Below, piece by piece: positions 9,751-20,000 of a stretch of 20,000 nt of DNA (positions are counted from its first letter, which is position 1; each line of letters starts with the position of its first letter). The DNA comes from Piedraia hortae CBS 480.64 (lineage: Eukaryota). Under the pieces are notes generated by a model. That model saw only the letters and a list, made by a program, of their open reading frames with translations, made no database searches and was not told the origin of the DNA. The translations under genes were made by a program, and so were the position numbers. The stretch is from positions 420,455-440,454 of the forward strand of contig MU005962.1 in NCBI GenBank assembly GCA_010093745.1. The letters run 5' to 3'.

Positions 9751-10692
9751 GGACGACAGATTGGCGCTAGCAAGTCATGTTTCATGTTCCAGTTCATTCT
9801 ATGGTTTGTCATTGGCTGTGAGCAGGCAGGCTAGGCAGTATTGGATTAGACTTCCCACTCATAACATATGCGTCGCAAGTTTTCAGCAACCAAACTGTTG
9901 CAAGGAACGTAGAGGCACTGGCAAGACTGCCAATGAGTGTTCCCGGGCAATGCTGGGTCACCATGGGCGCACAGAAAGCCACTAAGTGGAATGGGGCTTT
10001 CTCTGGCCCAGTATGATACCTTTCATGGTGACAAGCTCCACACAACCAGATCAAGACATTGAATAAGGCGGATGCATTACGATCTCAAGGGTAAACTCAG
10101 CTATCAATGGCAGGGTCAAATAGTGACCTGGGTTCCGAGGAAGTTAGGGATACAGCCCTGGCGGACGAACCATTTCCTGTTCGAGTCATTCTCACCACTC
10201 GCAACGACATGGAAGGGCTCTTCAACCGGGCCAGATTGTCGCTCACGTGGTTGCATCTGATGCACATTACTGAAGCAACGTTTGATGACAAGCGCACAAA
10301 GCTATGCAGCAACGAGGTGAGGTACCATGGATCATCATGCCCAAGCAGATTCCCATCAAATCCTGCCCTAACACGACCTGGCTAGACCTCAGGCAGCCTC
10401 GCTTTTGTCATAGGTTCACGTCGCACAGTATCGACGTGTCGAATTTGGCCCTAAACATCCTCTGATCCTTCTGGAACAGTTGACACTTTCGTATTTTTAC
10501 AACGCCGTTTTCACTTATTAGATCATACCATGTTCACTGCAAAAATTCATGTTCAACAACATTGATGAAGACCATTGGACCATGTAGGAGGTTATTGGAT
10601 ATGGTTTGGCGTTGCTCGCGTACCTATTAATATCGAAAACCATCCAGTCAGTGACAGGCTGTCACCCCACCAATTCACCTTGAAACTCTGAC

Positions 10693-11912
10693 ATGGGTAC
10701 TAGAGTTGAGCCTCCAAGCCCACCTATCCCAGCGCTGAGGGCCAAGGGGGCTCGTATGCTGGCTTGCGATGGCGGAGGGGTCAAAGGAGTTTCAACCGTC
10801 ATAATCCTCGATGCCATAATGAATAGAGTGCGTGAAATCGAGCTCTTGCGAGACCCGTCAGCATCTACTGCGTTACGGAAGCCAGTGGATTATGTAGGTA
10901 ATTTGAAGTCACTTGGGGAATACTAGAAGCTAAGGGCAAACGGTTCGATCTAGCTGCCGGTACGAGCACAGGAGGGCTCATCGCGCTCATGCTGTTCCGG
11001 TTGCACATGGACACCCGCCAATGTTTGGATATGTATCGGCAGCTCTCACGAAATATCTTTGCACCGACACTGTTTGGAAGCAAGTTCCTAGGGATGTTTT
11101 TTCCAGGGCCATTGCGTTGGATTGCCATGGGCATCAACTTGTTATTCTACGGTGCCGCGTTCTCCGGTCGACCATTGGAGGAAGCAATTGGGAAAGTGCT
11201 AGCAGAGCATTCGCAAGCCGAAGATCCGTGGCGGGACTACCTTGTGCATCCAAACTCGGGCATGATGTTTGTGTGCGCGACTCTTCAAGATAAGGGAGAG
11301 TCCATGCTACTTCGGTCATACGCTCAACCAAAGGATGCCTGCCCCATCACAGATGCGGCTAAAGCAGCAAGCGAGTCGGGGGCGGTGTCCCGCATCGACA
11401 TCATAAGTGCGGCCAGAGCCACGTCAGCCGCACCCATTTACTTACCGGCGGAGACGTGGCAAGGTATACGCTTCTGGGACGGAGGGGTGTTGAACAACAA
11501 CCCTGTAGACCAACTCTGGAACGCGAGGTATGATTTGGTTGCCCAGGGAGAGCCACCCCCTTTGGTAGAATGCATGGTGAGTTTGGGATGCGGATTATCG
11601 GATATGCCCCAGAAAAAGTGGTGGTGGTGGCTACGTGTGGCAGAGGTTGCTTCGCGTTATGTCCAAACTTTTCTGGTCAACTCGATTGCCAGGCATCGCG
11701 ACTTCGCAAGGCTCGTACAACGCATGCGACACCGCGGTGATTCCTATGTAAATGTGCGGTATTTCCGGTTAGATTGCCCAACGGGACCAAAATTCTTGGA
11801 TATTTCAGATCCAAGCATCATGTCCGATTTGGAAGAACGTACCAGAGACTATGTAAAAGGAGAGGCGTGGGACGATATTGAGGCCATTTCCCAGATGTTG
11901 GCAAAGCCATAG
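10693..11912 (+). CDS. Patatin-like phospholipase (iPLA2/PNPLA8-9-like), single domain, two exons, ~389 aa; splice junction atypical
   Basis: Exon 1 has DGGGVKG (oxyanion hole). Exon 2 has GTSTG (catalytic Ser), AARATSAAP and FWDGGVLNNNP (catalytic Asp), and VSLGCG. The intron starts GTAGGT at 10894 with branch GCTAAG at 10929-10934; acceptor uncertain (see findings). Confidence 0.85.
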
Positions 11913-12342
11913 GTTTGTTGGCAAGCTATTGGTTATAGAGGTATACATGTATGCTTTCCGAACTGCAGTTGTGACACTGGGTCTGATGAATGGACTGGAA
12001 TTATGCTCACGTCCCTTGGAAAAACTGTCATCCTTATAAATGCGCAGCCTGGAATATCTGCCACACCATGCACTAATTATCCCTACCGGCTGCAAGTACG
12101 TGATGACGGTGTTCTAACAGGACAACGAAAATGCTGGTTTTTCGCATCCAAGTTTCCAATTGCAACACCTACCCGTGCGCCAGAGGACAATATAGAACAA
12201 CACAGAGCACTACGAAGCTGCCGTTGGTAAGATTTTAGCTTTTCACAGTTCGCTAGGTCAGGAAGAATGTTGACCAAAGCAGTGTGATGGGAACGCGCTA
12301 CGCAGGAGACATTATACCGTGATTCATGCAGGAAACGAGTAG

Positions 12343-15300
12343 CTAGAGAAAGCCAGACTCTGATAACAATCTAAGGCGCAGTCAGTTGTGGTCCCGACAG
12401 GACGTGTTAAGAAGCCTACCTTGCAATCTTTTCGTCTTCACGCTCTCGAGGCTCAACTTGCAACGACCGATTGTACATCTCATGGACACTCCCGGCCGAT
12501 TGCACGCTGCGGGTAATGAACTCTTGCAGTTCCGGCACCGGTTGCAGCCCGTACGGCACTTTTTGATACTGCTGAATGTCTTGGATGATCTCGGCTGCTT
12601 TGGTCCTTTTGGAAAAATTGATCAGGTTCGTTCTCTTGATGATGGACGGGATGCCGTCTTCGATAAAAGTGAGATCTGTCAGGAAAACTCCCAAGAACGG
12701 GATGCATGGGGGATTGGCTCGATGAAGAGCTTCACGATACTCGCTAAAGTTCCGGTGAGCCCCCATGAGCTTGCGCATCGACTCAAGGTTTTGAGTCATT
12801 CGGGTACTGACTTGAGCCCACGTCCTATGCAGGCGATGGATTGGCGCCGATCCGAGAGCTGATATGAGAGACGTTAAGCAGGAAAAGTTGTTCAGCGCCC
12901 GGCACTTATCGGAAATCATGATGAAATGCTTAATTACCATCACGCGTCGCTTCAAGTCTGCTTGCGCCAAAATCGTTTGGGCAACCCAGTTTGTGAGTTG
13001 GTTTGAATTGAAGATCAAACTCTTGACATTTTCTGCTGGCTCAGGTTCGCCTGGGCCAGGCTTCTCCTGCCAAGTCTTGTTCAAGCATTCGGTCACCTTG
13101 ATCTTGCCATACATTTTTGCCTCGAGTAGTGTCAACTGTCGCGCAAACTCCAGTGGATCAATGTCAAGGATTTTAAGCTTCTTCAGATTTTTGGGAAGGA
13201 TCGGCGGGGGCGCCTGTCCGTTCAGTGTAAGGATCAGCTGCTTGGTAGACACAGCCTGGCCCCGTAGGCGCTGCTCTATTGCCGTAAGGAGCGGAGCGGC
13301 GCCTGGGATGCTTGTAGACTGCATGATGCTATTGACAAAAGTATGCATTCGCTGCAGCACCTGCTTGCTTTCATCATCATCAGGCTCCAGCCAGTTGCTT
13401 TCCACCCATGACCTAAGGGCATTGACTACTCGAAAGCGGATCAGCTTTTGCTTTGAATCGGTCCACATCTCCAACTCTGCAGGTGTTAGACCATATGGCG
13501 GCTGGATGTTCCACCTTTTGATAAGTACATCAAGCAGCTCAGCACCCGTCGTGAAGGAGCGGTAAGTTAGCAGAAAAGTGTTGGTGAAGGGCCAGTCCAT
13601 TTGATTATGCCGTGTCAGGTGCTCTACAAGGCCCATCAAAGTGCCACCTCTCACGATTGGCGGGTCAGTCTTTAAGGGGTCGTAGAGGATCTCGTGTTCG
13701 TAGTCCAGCCCCAAGAAAGATGGCACCGTTGGCTCACGAGCCGTAGGTGGAGTCGGAACCTCACCAAAGAAGCGCTTGACTTTTGAATTTTCCCCGTTCC
13801 GTTGGATATCAGCGGTTGGATCCGATGGCGCAGCATCGCCCAGAGCAGGCTGACGAGCAGAAGTAGATTCGCCTCGCCGGTGTCCCGGGGGCTGCGTCCC
13901 ATGACCGTCGGTCGGCAGAAGACGCTGGCCTACGTCAGACCTTTTGGTTTCCTCTGCCTGCGACAAGAGCTCGGACAATAGTAAGAGAGAGTTGAAGACC
14001 TGCGAGGCTGCTGTCTCGAGCTCTCGACCCACCTCTTGTACGCGTCGTCGACGTTCCTCCAGTGTGGGATGTCGTACCTGTGCCCACTCATCCGAGAGCG
14101 GGGCCGCGAAGGCTTGGCAAGCCATCACCAGATCCAGCGTGGCATCGTACAGTCTCTGCTTGTGTTCTGAAAACTCGCCTAGCTGTGGCCGGGCAAGACC
14201 TGAACTGAGCGGCACAAGGTAAATCAGCTCTGCAGTCGCTAGATATGGACGGCAGCTCTCGACCACTTCGCTGCCCGCACGACACAGCGCGTCCCCCATG
14301 CGGCGGTGTGCCAGTGGAGACACAAGGGACTGGTGAAGCGCCAGGTGATCGTCCAATCGCCGCACACTCGACACTATAAGGCGCTTCAGCTCATCCATAC
14401 GCTCCAGAACCGTGGCATTCAAGGGGGTCTGAGGCTCAATAGGTGCATCAGAATCGTCATCAATGAACGAGACAGGAGCTAAAGGATCAGACTGCGTCAG
14501 GCCATTGTTTTGCCAGCCGCCGCCTGTGCGTCCATTGGAGACGAAGCCGGGAGTTAATCGGGGAATCTCCTCCCCACGTTGGCGACGAGCAACCTCGACG
14601 AACCCATAGACACCATGCAGCACGCCATCAGCTTCTTGCAGACACTTTTGGTACGAATCCGGCGGCGGCCAGTCTGTGGCGGCAATGTGCGACGAGAGAA
14701 CCAGCTTTGAAAAGCGCGACATCATCTCTCGGAAGTGCGGGTAGAGGGCTTTGTTGGTTGAGATGATGGACGGGTTTCCCGAATGATTGTCTGTTGTGCC
14801 AGACCCGGCCGCCAGCAGCAGCCGGAGATGATCGGAAATATCCTCGGCCTTGCGCACCAGCTCAGAGCGGTCCCCGTCGCTCAGCACGTCACGGTAGCGC
14901 TGCACGGCGCGACGCATATCCTCGACCATGACGTTCCAGGTCAGTGGCACAGGCTGAGCATCGTCGAACAGACGGTGGGAAGGCAGCGGCCTTCCGACAC
15001 CAGACACCGATACCGAATCGGAGAAGGAACCCATGGTCGTGCCAATGGGCAGAATTCCTTGGCGCAGCGACGAGATAGAGGGGGCCAAGCTGGAGTCGGC
15101 AAAGTTGTTGCGAGAACGGCCTCGGGGAGACGACGGCGCATCGAACGAATTGGTCGGGGATGTGGTGTCGGAAACGTACGACCGGCGATTCTGCAAAAGG
15201 CAGGGTCAAAGACGGTCGAGGAACAAAGGAAGGGCCTTACTTACGCTTAGCGCCTGAAAGCTGGACGACGCAGCACTGTCGGGTGCTGCCCGATCCAAAT

Positions 15301-15877
15301 CCTTATCGATTTCAGCTTCGCCATTGAGATTCCCGTAGCCCGCGGCTAGCAGCTCTGGCGGCACGCGGGTGCGATTAGGGGCAGGCATGTTATTGCGGTC
15401 CCTGGAGACCGATTCCTGTAGCGAGTTCGGCGTCTCAAGTGGGAGCTCCATGGTGCTGTGGCCCGTCAGCGTGTTGAAATAGAATAAGCGGCCGTCGGGC
15501 GTGGCCTGTGGGATCCAAAAAGCCGCCTCTTCGCTGTCCAGGCTGTGGCCGTTCACTTCTGCCGGCCGCTGAGCGATGGTGCTGTCTGCGCCGCCGTCAT
15601 CGGACCCGTCAGCGTCAAAGCCGCCCATGACGGGCACGCGGTTTGCCGGACGCCCTTCGTCGGCTGGATTGTTGATAAGAGAGCAGTAGTTGCTGGGGAA
15701 CCAGCCGCGCATGCCTTGAATCATTCCATCCCACCACCCGCTGTCCAGCTGCGTGATAACCTGGATCACATCGCCCTGGCGGAAGCTCAGGCTAGCCGGA
15801 TCATCGGCGTCAAAGTCGTACAGCGCGCGCACGTACAGGTTACCCGATGACGACTCGGTAGGGGCTATTCCGTCCAT
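12343..15877 (-). CDS. CDC25: Ras guanine nucleotide exchange factor Cdc25 (SH3-WW-REM-RasGEF); complement join(15877..15245,15190..12420,12370..12343), ~1143 aa
   Basis: SH3 YVRALYDFDADD..LSFRQGD..GWWDG..GWFPSNY; WW WIPQATPDGRLFYFNTLTG; REM GGTLMGLVEHLT..FLLTYRSF; RasGEF EFARQLTLLE, NNFSCL, PPCIPFLGVFLTDLTFIEDG, INFSKR. Introns 15244..15191 (GTAAGT..TTGAC..CAG) and 12419..12371 (GTAGGC..CTGAC..TAG) give the C-terminus RLLSESGFL*. Confidence 0.93.
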
Positions 15878-16962
15878 TGCCCCTCGCAGTTTGGCGTGCA
15901 GGACGCCTTGACTACGCAATGTTTCGGCCACTGCTTGTTGCAGCTCGTCACAACTAAGGGAGACTGTCGGAAACCAAGAGTTGACGGAGAGGGGCTCGAT
16001 AAAGCGCGGGAGAGACAGAATGGGGCAGGCACTGCGCCCAGCTCTCGCATCGACTCCCTGAGATCAACAGCAAAGGGCCCGCACAGCTCCCCCCACAAAC
16101 GAGGGCACCGCTGATACAGCTGGGGACCCTGCTATAAGGGTGTTGTCAACGTTCAGCCGTGGAAACCGGGCGGCTCGTTGAGTACAAAGTCACGTGACTT
16201 CAATTGTGAGCATGAAAGCGTGGCCGCCGCTCGGGCCAGCGTTATGGGCTTCCATTAACCTTCTAGGAGGGGCAGATGAGGAGGGGTCGGGGGTGTTTCT
16301 TGGGGGGCCAAACGCAAACGAAATGGTTGGAAACGTTTACATCTACACATTCACCATTGTGCAACAGCAGCTCGCATTCATGTGTAATAACGTTTTGGCC
16401 AACGGAACACGCCAACAACAATTCGCGAGCGCCGTTGGCTGCAGCTTAGCGGGCTTGGGAGAGTTGGAAGCTTGGCGTGGGAGTGAGTAGCGGACATTAG
16501 CGCCGCATGACACTGACAGGGTCAAATCGACAGCGATGATTGACAGCCGACACGTCCCTTGACGGGATAAAGAAGAAAAAACGACAAACGGCCCGCTTTC
16601 CGATTGGGCCAGTCGATGCTGTTCCAGATCACGTGAACTAGCCACGCTCGCTTTGTCAGCTTTGAATATCGGTGTTTCCGGGCTTCGACGGGTTTTGACT
16701 GCGTCACGGCAGAGGTGCGGGAGGTCCCGTCACTGTTTCGCCCCAGCCCCACTTTCGTGGACCCGCTTACCGCTCACGCGCTCCTGCCTCTTCCACCAAT
16801 CTGCCCCTCCTCCCCCTCCCTCTTCCCACTTTCTTCCACAATCCATCAAACGTCGACCGTCGAAAATCGTGATATCATATGCGCATTAATTTCCCCTGCC
16901 GTCCAATGCACTCGTTCATACGTCAAACGTCCCCTACGCCTTAGCAACCACTCCGACTCCCC
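15878..16962. promoter_or_regulatory. Divergent intergenic/promoter region (CDC25 / amdA-like) with two TCACGTGA E-boxes
   Basis: 14-bp perfect palindrome AAGTCACGTGACTT at 16187-16200; TCACGTGA at 16629-16636; CT-rich tract around 16780-16840. Confidence 0.5.
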
Positions 16963-19529
16963 ATGCCCTTCCCCGCTGCCATGCCGCCGTCGCCTACAGT
17001 GAGTCGCAAGGCCTCCGCCGCGACGTCGGCCACGACGGATCGCGCCAAAGAAAAGGAGAAGAAGTACAGGTGCAAGTATTGCAGCCGTGCATTTAGTCGC
17101 AGTGAGCACCGAAGTAGGCATGAAAGAAGCCGTGAGTCTGGAAAGCTTCGATTACAAGTGTAACAGCTAATTCGCAATTAGATACCAAAGAACGCCCGTT
17201 CAAATGTAACAAATGTCGCTCCACTTTTGTCCGACGGGACCTGCTCCTGCGCCATGATCGCACCGTTCATGCCAAAGATGGCGGCGTCCCTCTGCAGAGC
17301 GACGGCAAAAGGAGAAGTGCTGGCAGCAAGACATCGCCCGATCACTCACCAAATATGCGCAGTGCTGATGAGGATGTCTTGGACAACGTGGGAGATGCCA
17401 ACGATCCCTACAGCGTAGAGCAGGCAGCCATGCTCATGACTAACTTCCAGCAGCGCGCCGCCTTGTCTGGACCTGACTCGGCGGCCATACAACCGGACCC
17501 TCTCTTGAACTCGAACAACACAATCGAATCCAGCATGCCCTATGCCGCTCACATGACGCTACCGCAGATGAATGGCTGGGACCAGATGATGCCGCAGAAT
17601 GCCAATAGCCAGCCGAAACCGTCCTCCGTTTCTTCGAGCATTGAAGCCTCCCACGAATTGTTACCTGGCGCACACCATACCGTCCCTTCAGCGGCAACCC
17701 TACCGCCTTTGATCGAACGACAGCCAAGCGGCACCCATGAGGGCTTGACCGCCTTTCAATCGTCCATACCGGGTGGACTCGATACACCAGATGCTCTCTC
17801 CCCCTTTACATCCATGATGGGTCCTGTCTCGCCAGTCGATTATCGGCGCTCGCCCGGGCCGCCTCAACCATGTACCATGGCCAAGGCCCCTCAACTTGAC
17901 AGTCGCGATGCGATTGCGCTCATTGACGAAAAGGTACGCCGCGCTGATGGTGATGGCGCCCTTATCGAGGCGTTTCGATTGCCTGAGCTCAAGGTGTTCA
18001 ATCGCTATCTGAACACATACTTCAACTGTTTTCACCATCATCTGCCGTTTTTACACCCGGCCTCTTTCGACCCCGCTGCTGTACCTGTACCCCTACTTCT
18101 TTCGGTTCTTTCAATCGGAGCTCTCTATACGTTTGAACAAGACCAGGCCTACATGTTACACATCGGATCCAAGATACTAGTGGCTCAGTATCTGCAGAAA
18201 ATGGACAATTTCAGTTCGCGCAAGTGCCCGCTCTGGCTGATGCAGGCTTCCCTTCTTAACATGAGCTTTGCCAGCTGGAGCGGAGACCCCAAAGGGCTCG
18301 AGTGGGCGACTTCGATCAAGAGCTTGCTAGCTAATATGGTGGCTGGAAACAAGCACGAACTAAAGCTTCGCCACGAGGCGCGGGATGGTCGTTTACCGAC
18401 GTTCGAAGAGTGGGTCGAGGATGAAGGTTGTCGGCGGACCTACTACGCTGTTTACATCTTCTTCGGTCTGCTCACGCTAACATACAACCACACGCCTGCC
18501 ATTAGTTTCCACGAGTTCGACTCCTTGGAGCTTCCATCGTCAGAAACGCTGTGGAACTTTGCTTCTGCCGACGACTCTGCTTGGGCTGAAACCCTCACTG
18601 CATCGCCCGTCATAACTTTCCGCCATGCCCATGATGTGCTTTTCGGCGGGGAACTGGCACGCTACAGCGCCTTTGCGACGCGTGTCATGATCAATGCACT
18701 TTTTCTAGAGATCTGGTACCACAAGCGCAGCCCAGGGGCCCTGCAAGACGTTGTTACCGAGTGGAAACTCCGCACAGCTCTTGACACATGGGAGAAGTCA
18801 TTGGAGCTTTGCGAGCCAGAAACCGTGATTGTGCGACTCAGCGCTCCATACAAGGGCCATCCACTGATTTTCAATGCCATGGCGATGTATCGCAACGCGC
18901 GCGCGCGCCTGCTAGTTGACCTCAAAAGGGTTCAAGAAGCCATGCGTTACCATGACTCGTATGAAGTTGCGGCGGCCATGCTGCGTGCGGGCGATCAAGT
19001 TAAGCGTGGAGCCGACATGCTGGACATCATACAAGCCTGCTTTGATTATGTCGAGGTGGCTGTCATGCAAGGCATCCGCTGGTTTGCTCGTACATCGGCC
19101 ACAAACTGGAGCATCGAGCATCCGCTTTGTGGCCTTGACCTGATGGTGATTCTAACTCTGTGGCTTTGGCGTGTCGAACACGATGACGAGCCTGAGACGG
19201 AGGCAGAAAGATCGATGTACAAGAAGCTGCGAGGGTTGTTCAAGGACGACTACTCTGACGGGCTGAATACCAAGTTGAGCTCAACAGTTGCCCGCCTATG
19301 GGGTAGCATGATTGATGAGGTCGTTGTCTGGGGGTATGTATGAGCTACGAGCCCCCGAGTTTCACTAACGCCGTCTAGCATCACCAAGTTGATGGGCGAA
19401 TCCTTCAAACTGCATGCGCAGGCACTAAACGGCTACGAAGATTCCCTCCTGTCGGAACAACGAGAAGGTGGACAAAACGCAGCCGACGCAGTGATGGTGT
19501 CTCGCGCAGCCACAGTCACCGCGTATTAG
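16963..19529 (+). CDS. amdA: AmdA-like C2H2 zinc-finger transcription factor with fungal TF domain; join(16963..17131,17182..19333,19379..19529), ~823 aa (alternative ATG at 16981)
   Basis: Spliced fingers [50 protein letters not shown]. Intron 17132..17181 (GTGAGT..GCTAAT..TAG). Fungal_trans motifs FHHHLPFLHPASF and EGCRRTYYAVY. Intron 19334..19378 (GTATGT..ACTAAC..TAG), then ITKLMGESFKLHAQAL..VTAY*. The gene structure is solid; the amdA name is from recall and less certain. Confidence 0.85.
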
Positions 19530-20000
19530 TTCCACGCACCCCGCACAACGCTCTCATGAAAAATTGTTCCGCACAGCGAAATTGCTTTTCGAAAACGGCA
19601 CCGATGACAGTAGGGCCGGTCGTCTGAAACGAGATTGAAATCACACCTGAGGTTCCTTGCGCCAAATGACCATTAATTATCGTTGAACTAAGGTACGGCT
19701 GGCCCGGCGCTTTCTTTTCGGTGATATCATGCACTAGCATTAATTGAACTGCCTTCAGTTGGGCGTGATGTATCGGTAATGGATGGGCAGGAGACGTACG
19801 TAGTGTATGATATCGGTGAGACTGAACCCAACAACCAAACTGTTTCCGCCACTGTGTAGCCCTAGCATAATGAGCAAACATCGGCGGGCCCCCGATGTTT
19901 GAAAAAAATGTTTGGTCCAAAAACACGTCAAAATGATCGTAGAGTGCTCTAGAGTGCATGGAAAGGTGTTTTGGGAGATTCTGGAGGGGGTCGAAAAAAT

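Noticed and set aside
10072..10385. Short ORFs between U2 and the patatin gene
   Set aside because: No recognisable motif or convincing splice structure
10651..10665. GTGACAG-G-CTGTCAC palindrome upstream of the patatin ATG
   Set aside because: Single 7-bp arms with a 1-nt spacer; no assignable function and plausible by chance
12386..14222. Long + strand ORFs (158 aa, 233 aa, 92 aa) and similar antisense ORFs over the other genes
   Set aside because: Antisense shadows of real CDSs with no domain motifs
15880..15949. Resemblance of ELQQAVAETLRSQGVL to the LisH-like N-terminus of FOP/FOR20
   Set aside because: Short helical match, no ATG, and centriolar proteins are not expected in ascomycetes
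19516..19959. 147-aa minus-strand ORF
   Set aside because: No recognisable domain; overlaps the TF stop codon and 3' UTR
1..20000. CRISPR arrays, tRNA, rRNA, prokaryotic operons
   Set aside because: None seen; the window is eukaryotic with spliceosomal introns

Overview
Compact, intron-containing fungal DNA (filamentous ascomycete; all introns 45-56 nt). Five protein genes are present: an AmdX/Adr1-like C2H2 transcription factor (+), a Dug3 class II glutamine amidotransferase (+), a stand-alone patatin-like phospholipase (+), a Cdc25 Ras-GEF with SH3-WW-REM-RasGEF domains (-), and a second, AmdA-like C2H2 transcription factor (+). A ~3.5 kb decayed block between DUG3 and the patatin gene holds a stop-interrupted multi-zinc-finger ORF with RIP-type lesions, the 3' remnant of a Tad/I-like LINE, and a full-length U2 snRNA gene (-) with its own TATA box that is invisible to the ORF track. 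Main observations: (1) this U2 has two substitutions at normally conserved positions (stem IIa, loop IV); (2) the patatin intron that restores the family consensus ends in CGG rather than AG; (3) the AmdX-like leader has a strong ~70-nt hairpin burying an upstream ATG, plus a uORF series; (4) DUG3 has two strong-context overlapping uORFs; (5) the two paralogous TFs have 3' introns 2 nt apart, one of them 3n and stop-free. I cannot demonstrate a wholly new system; these are testable leads.
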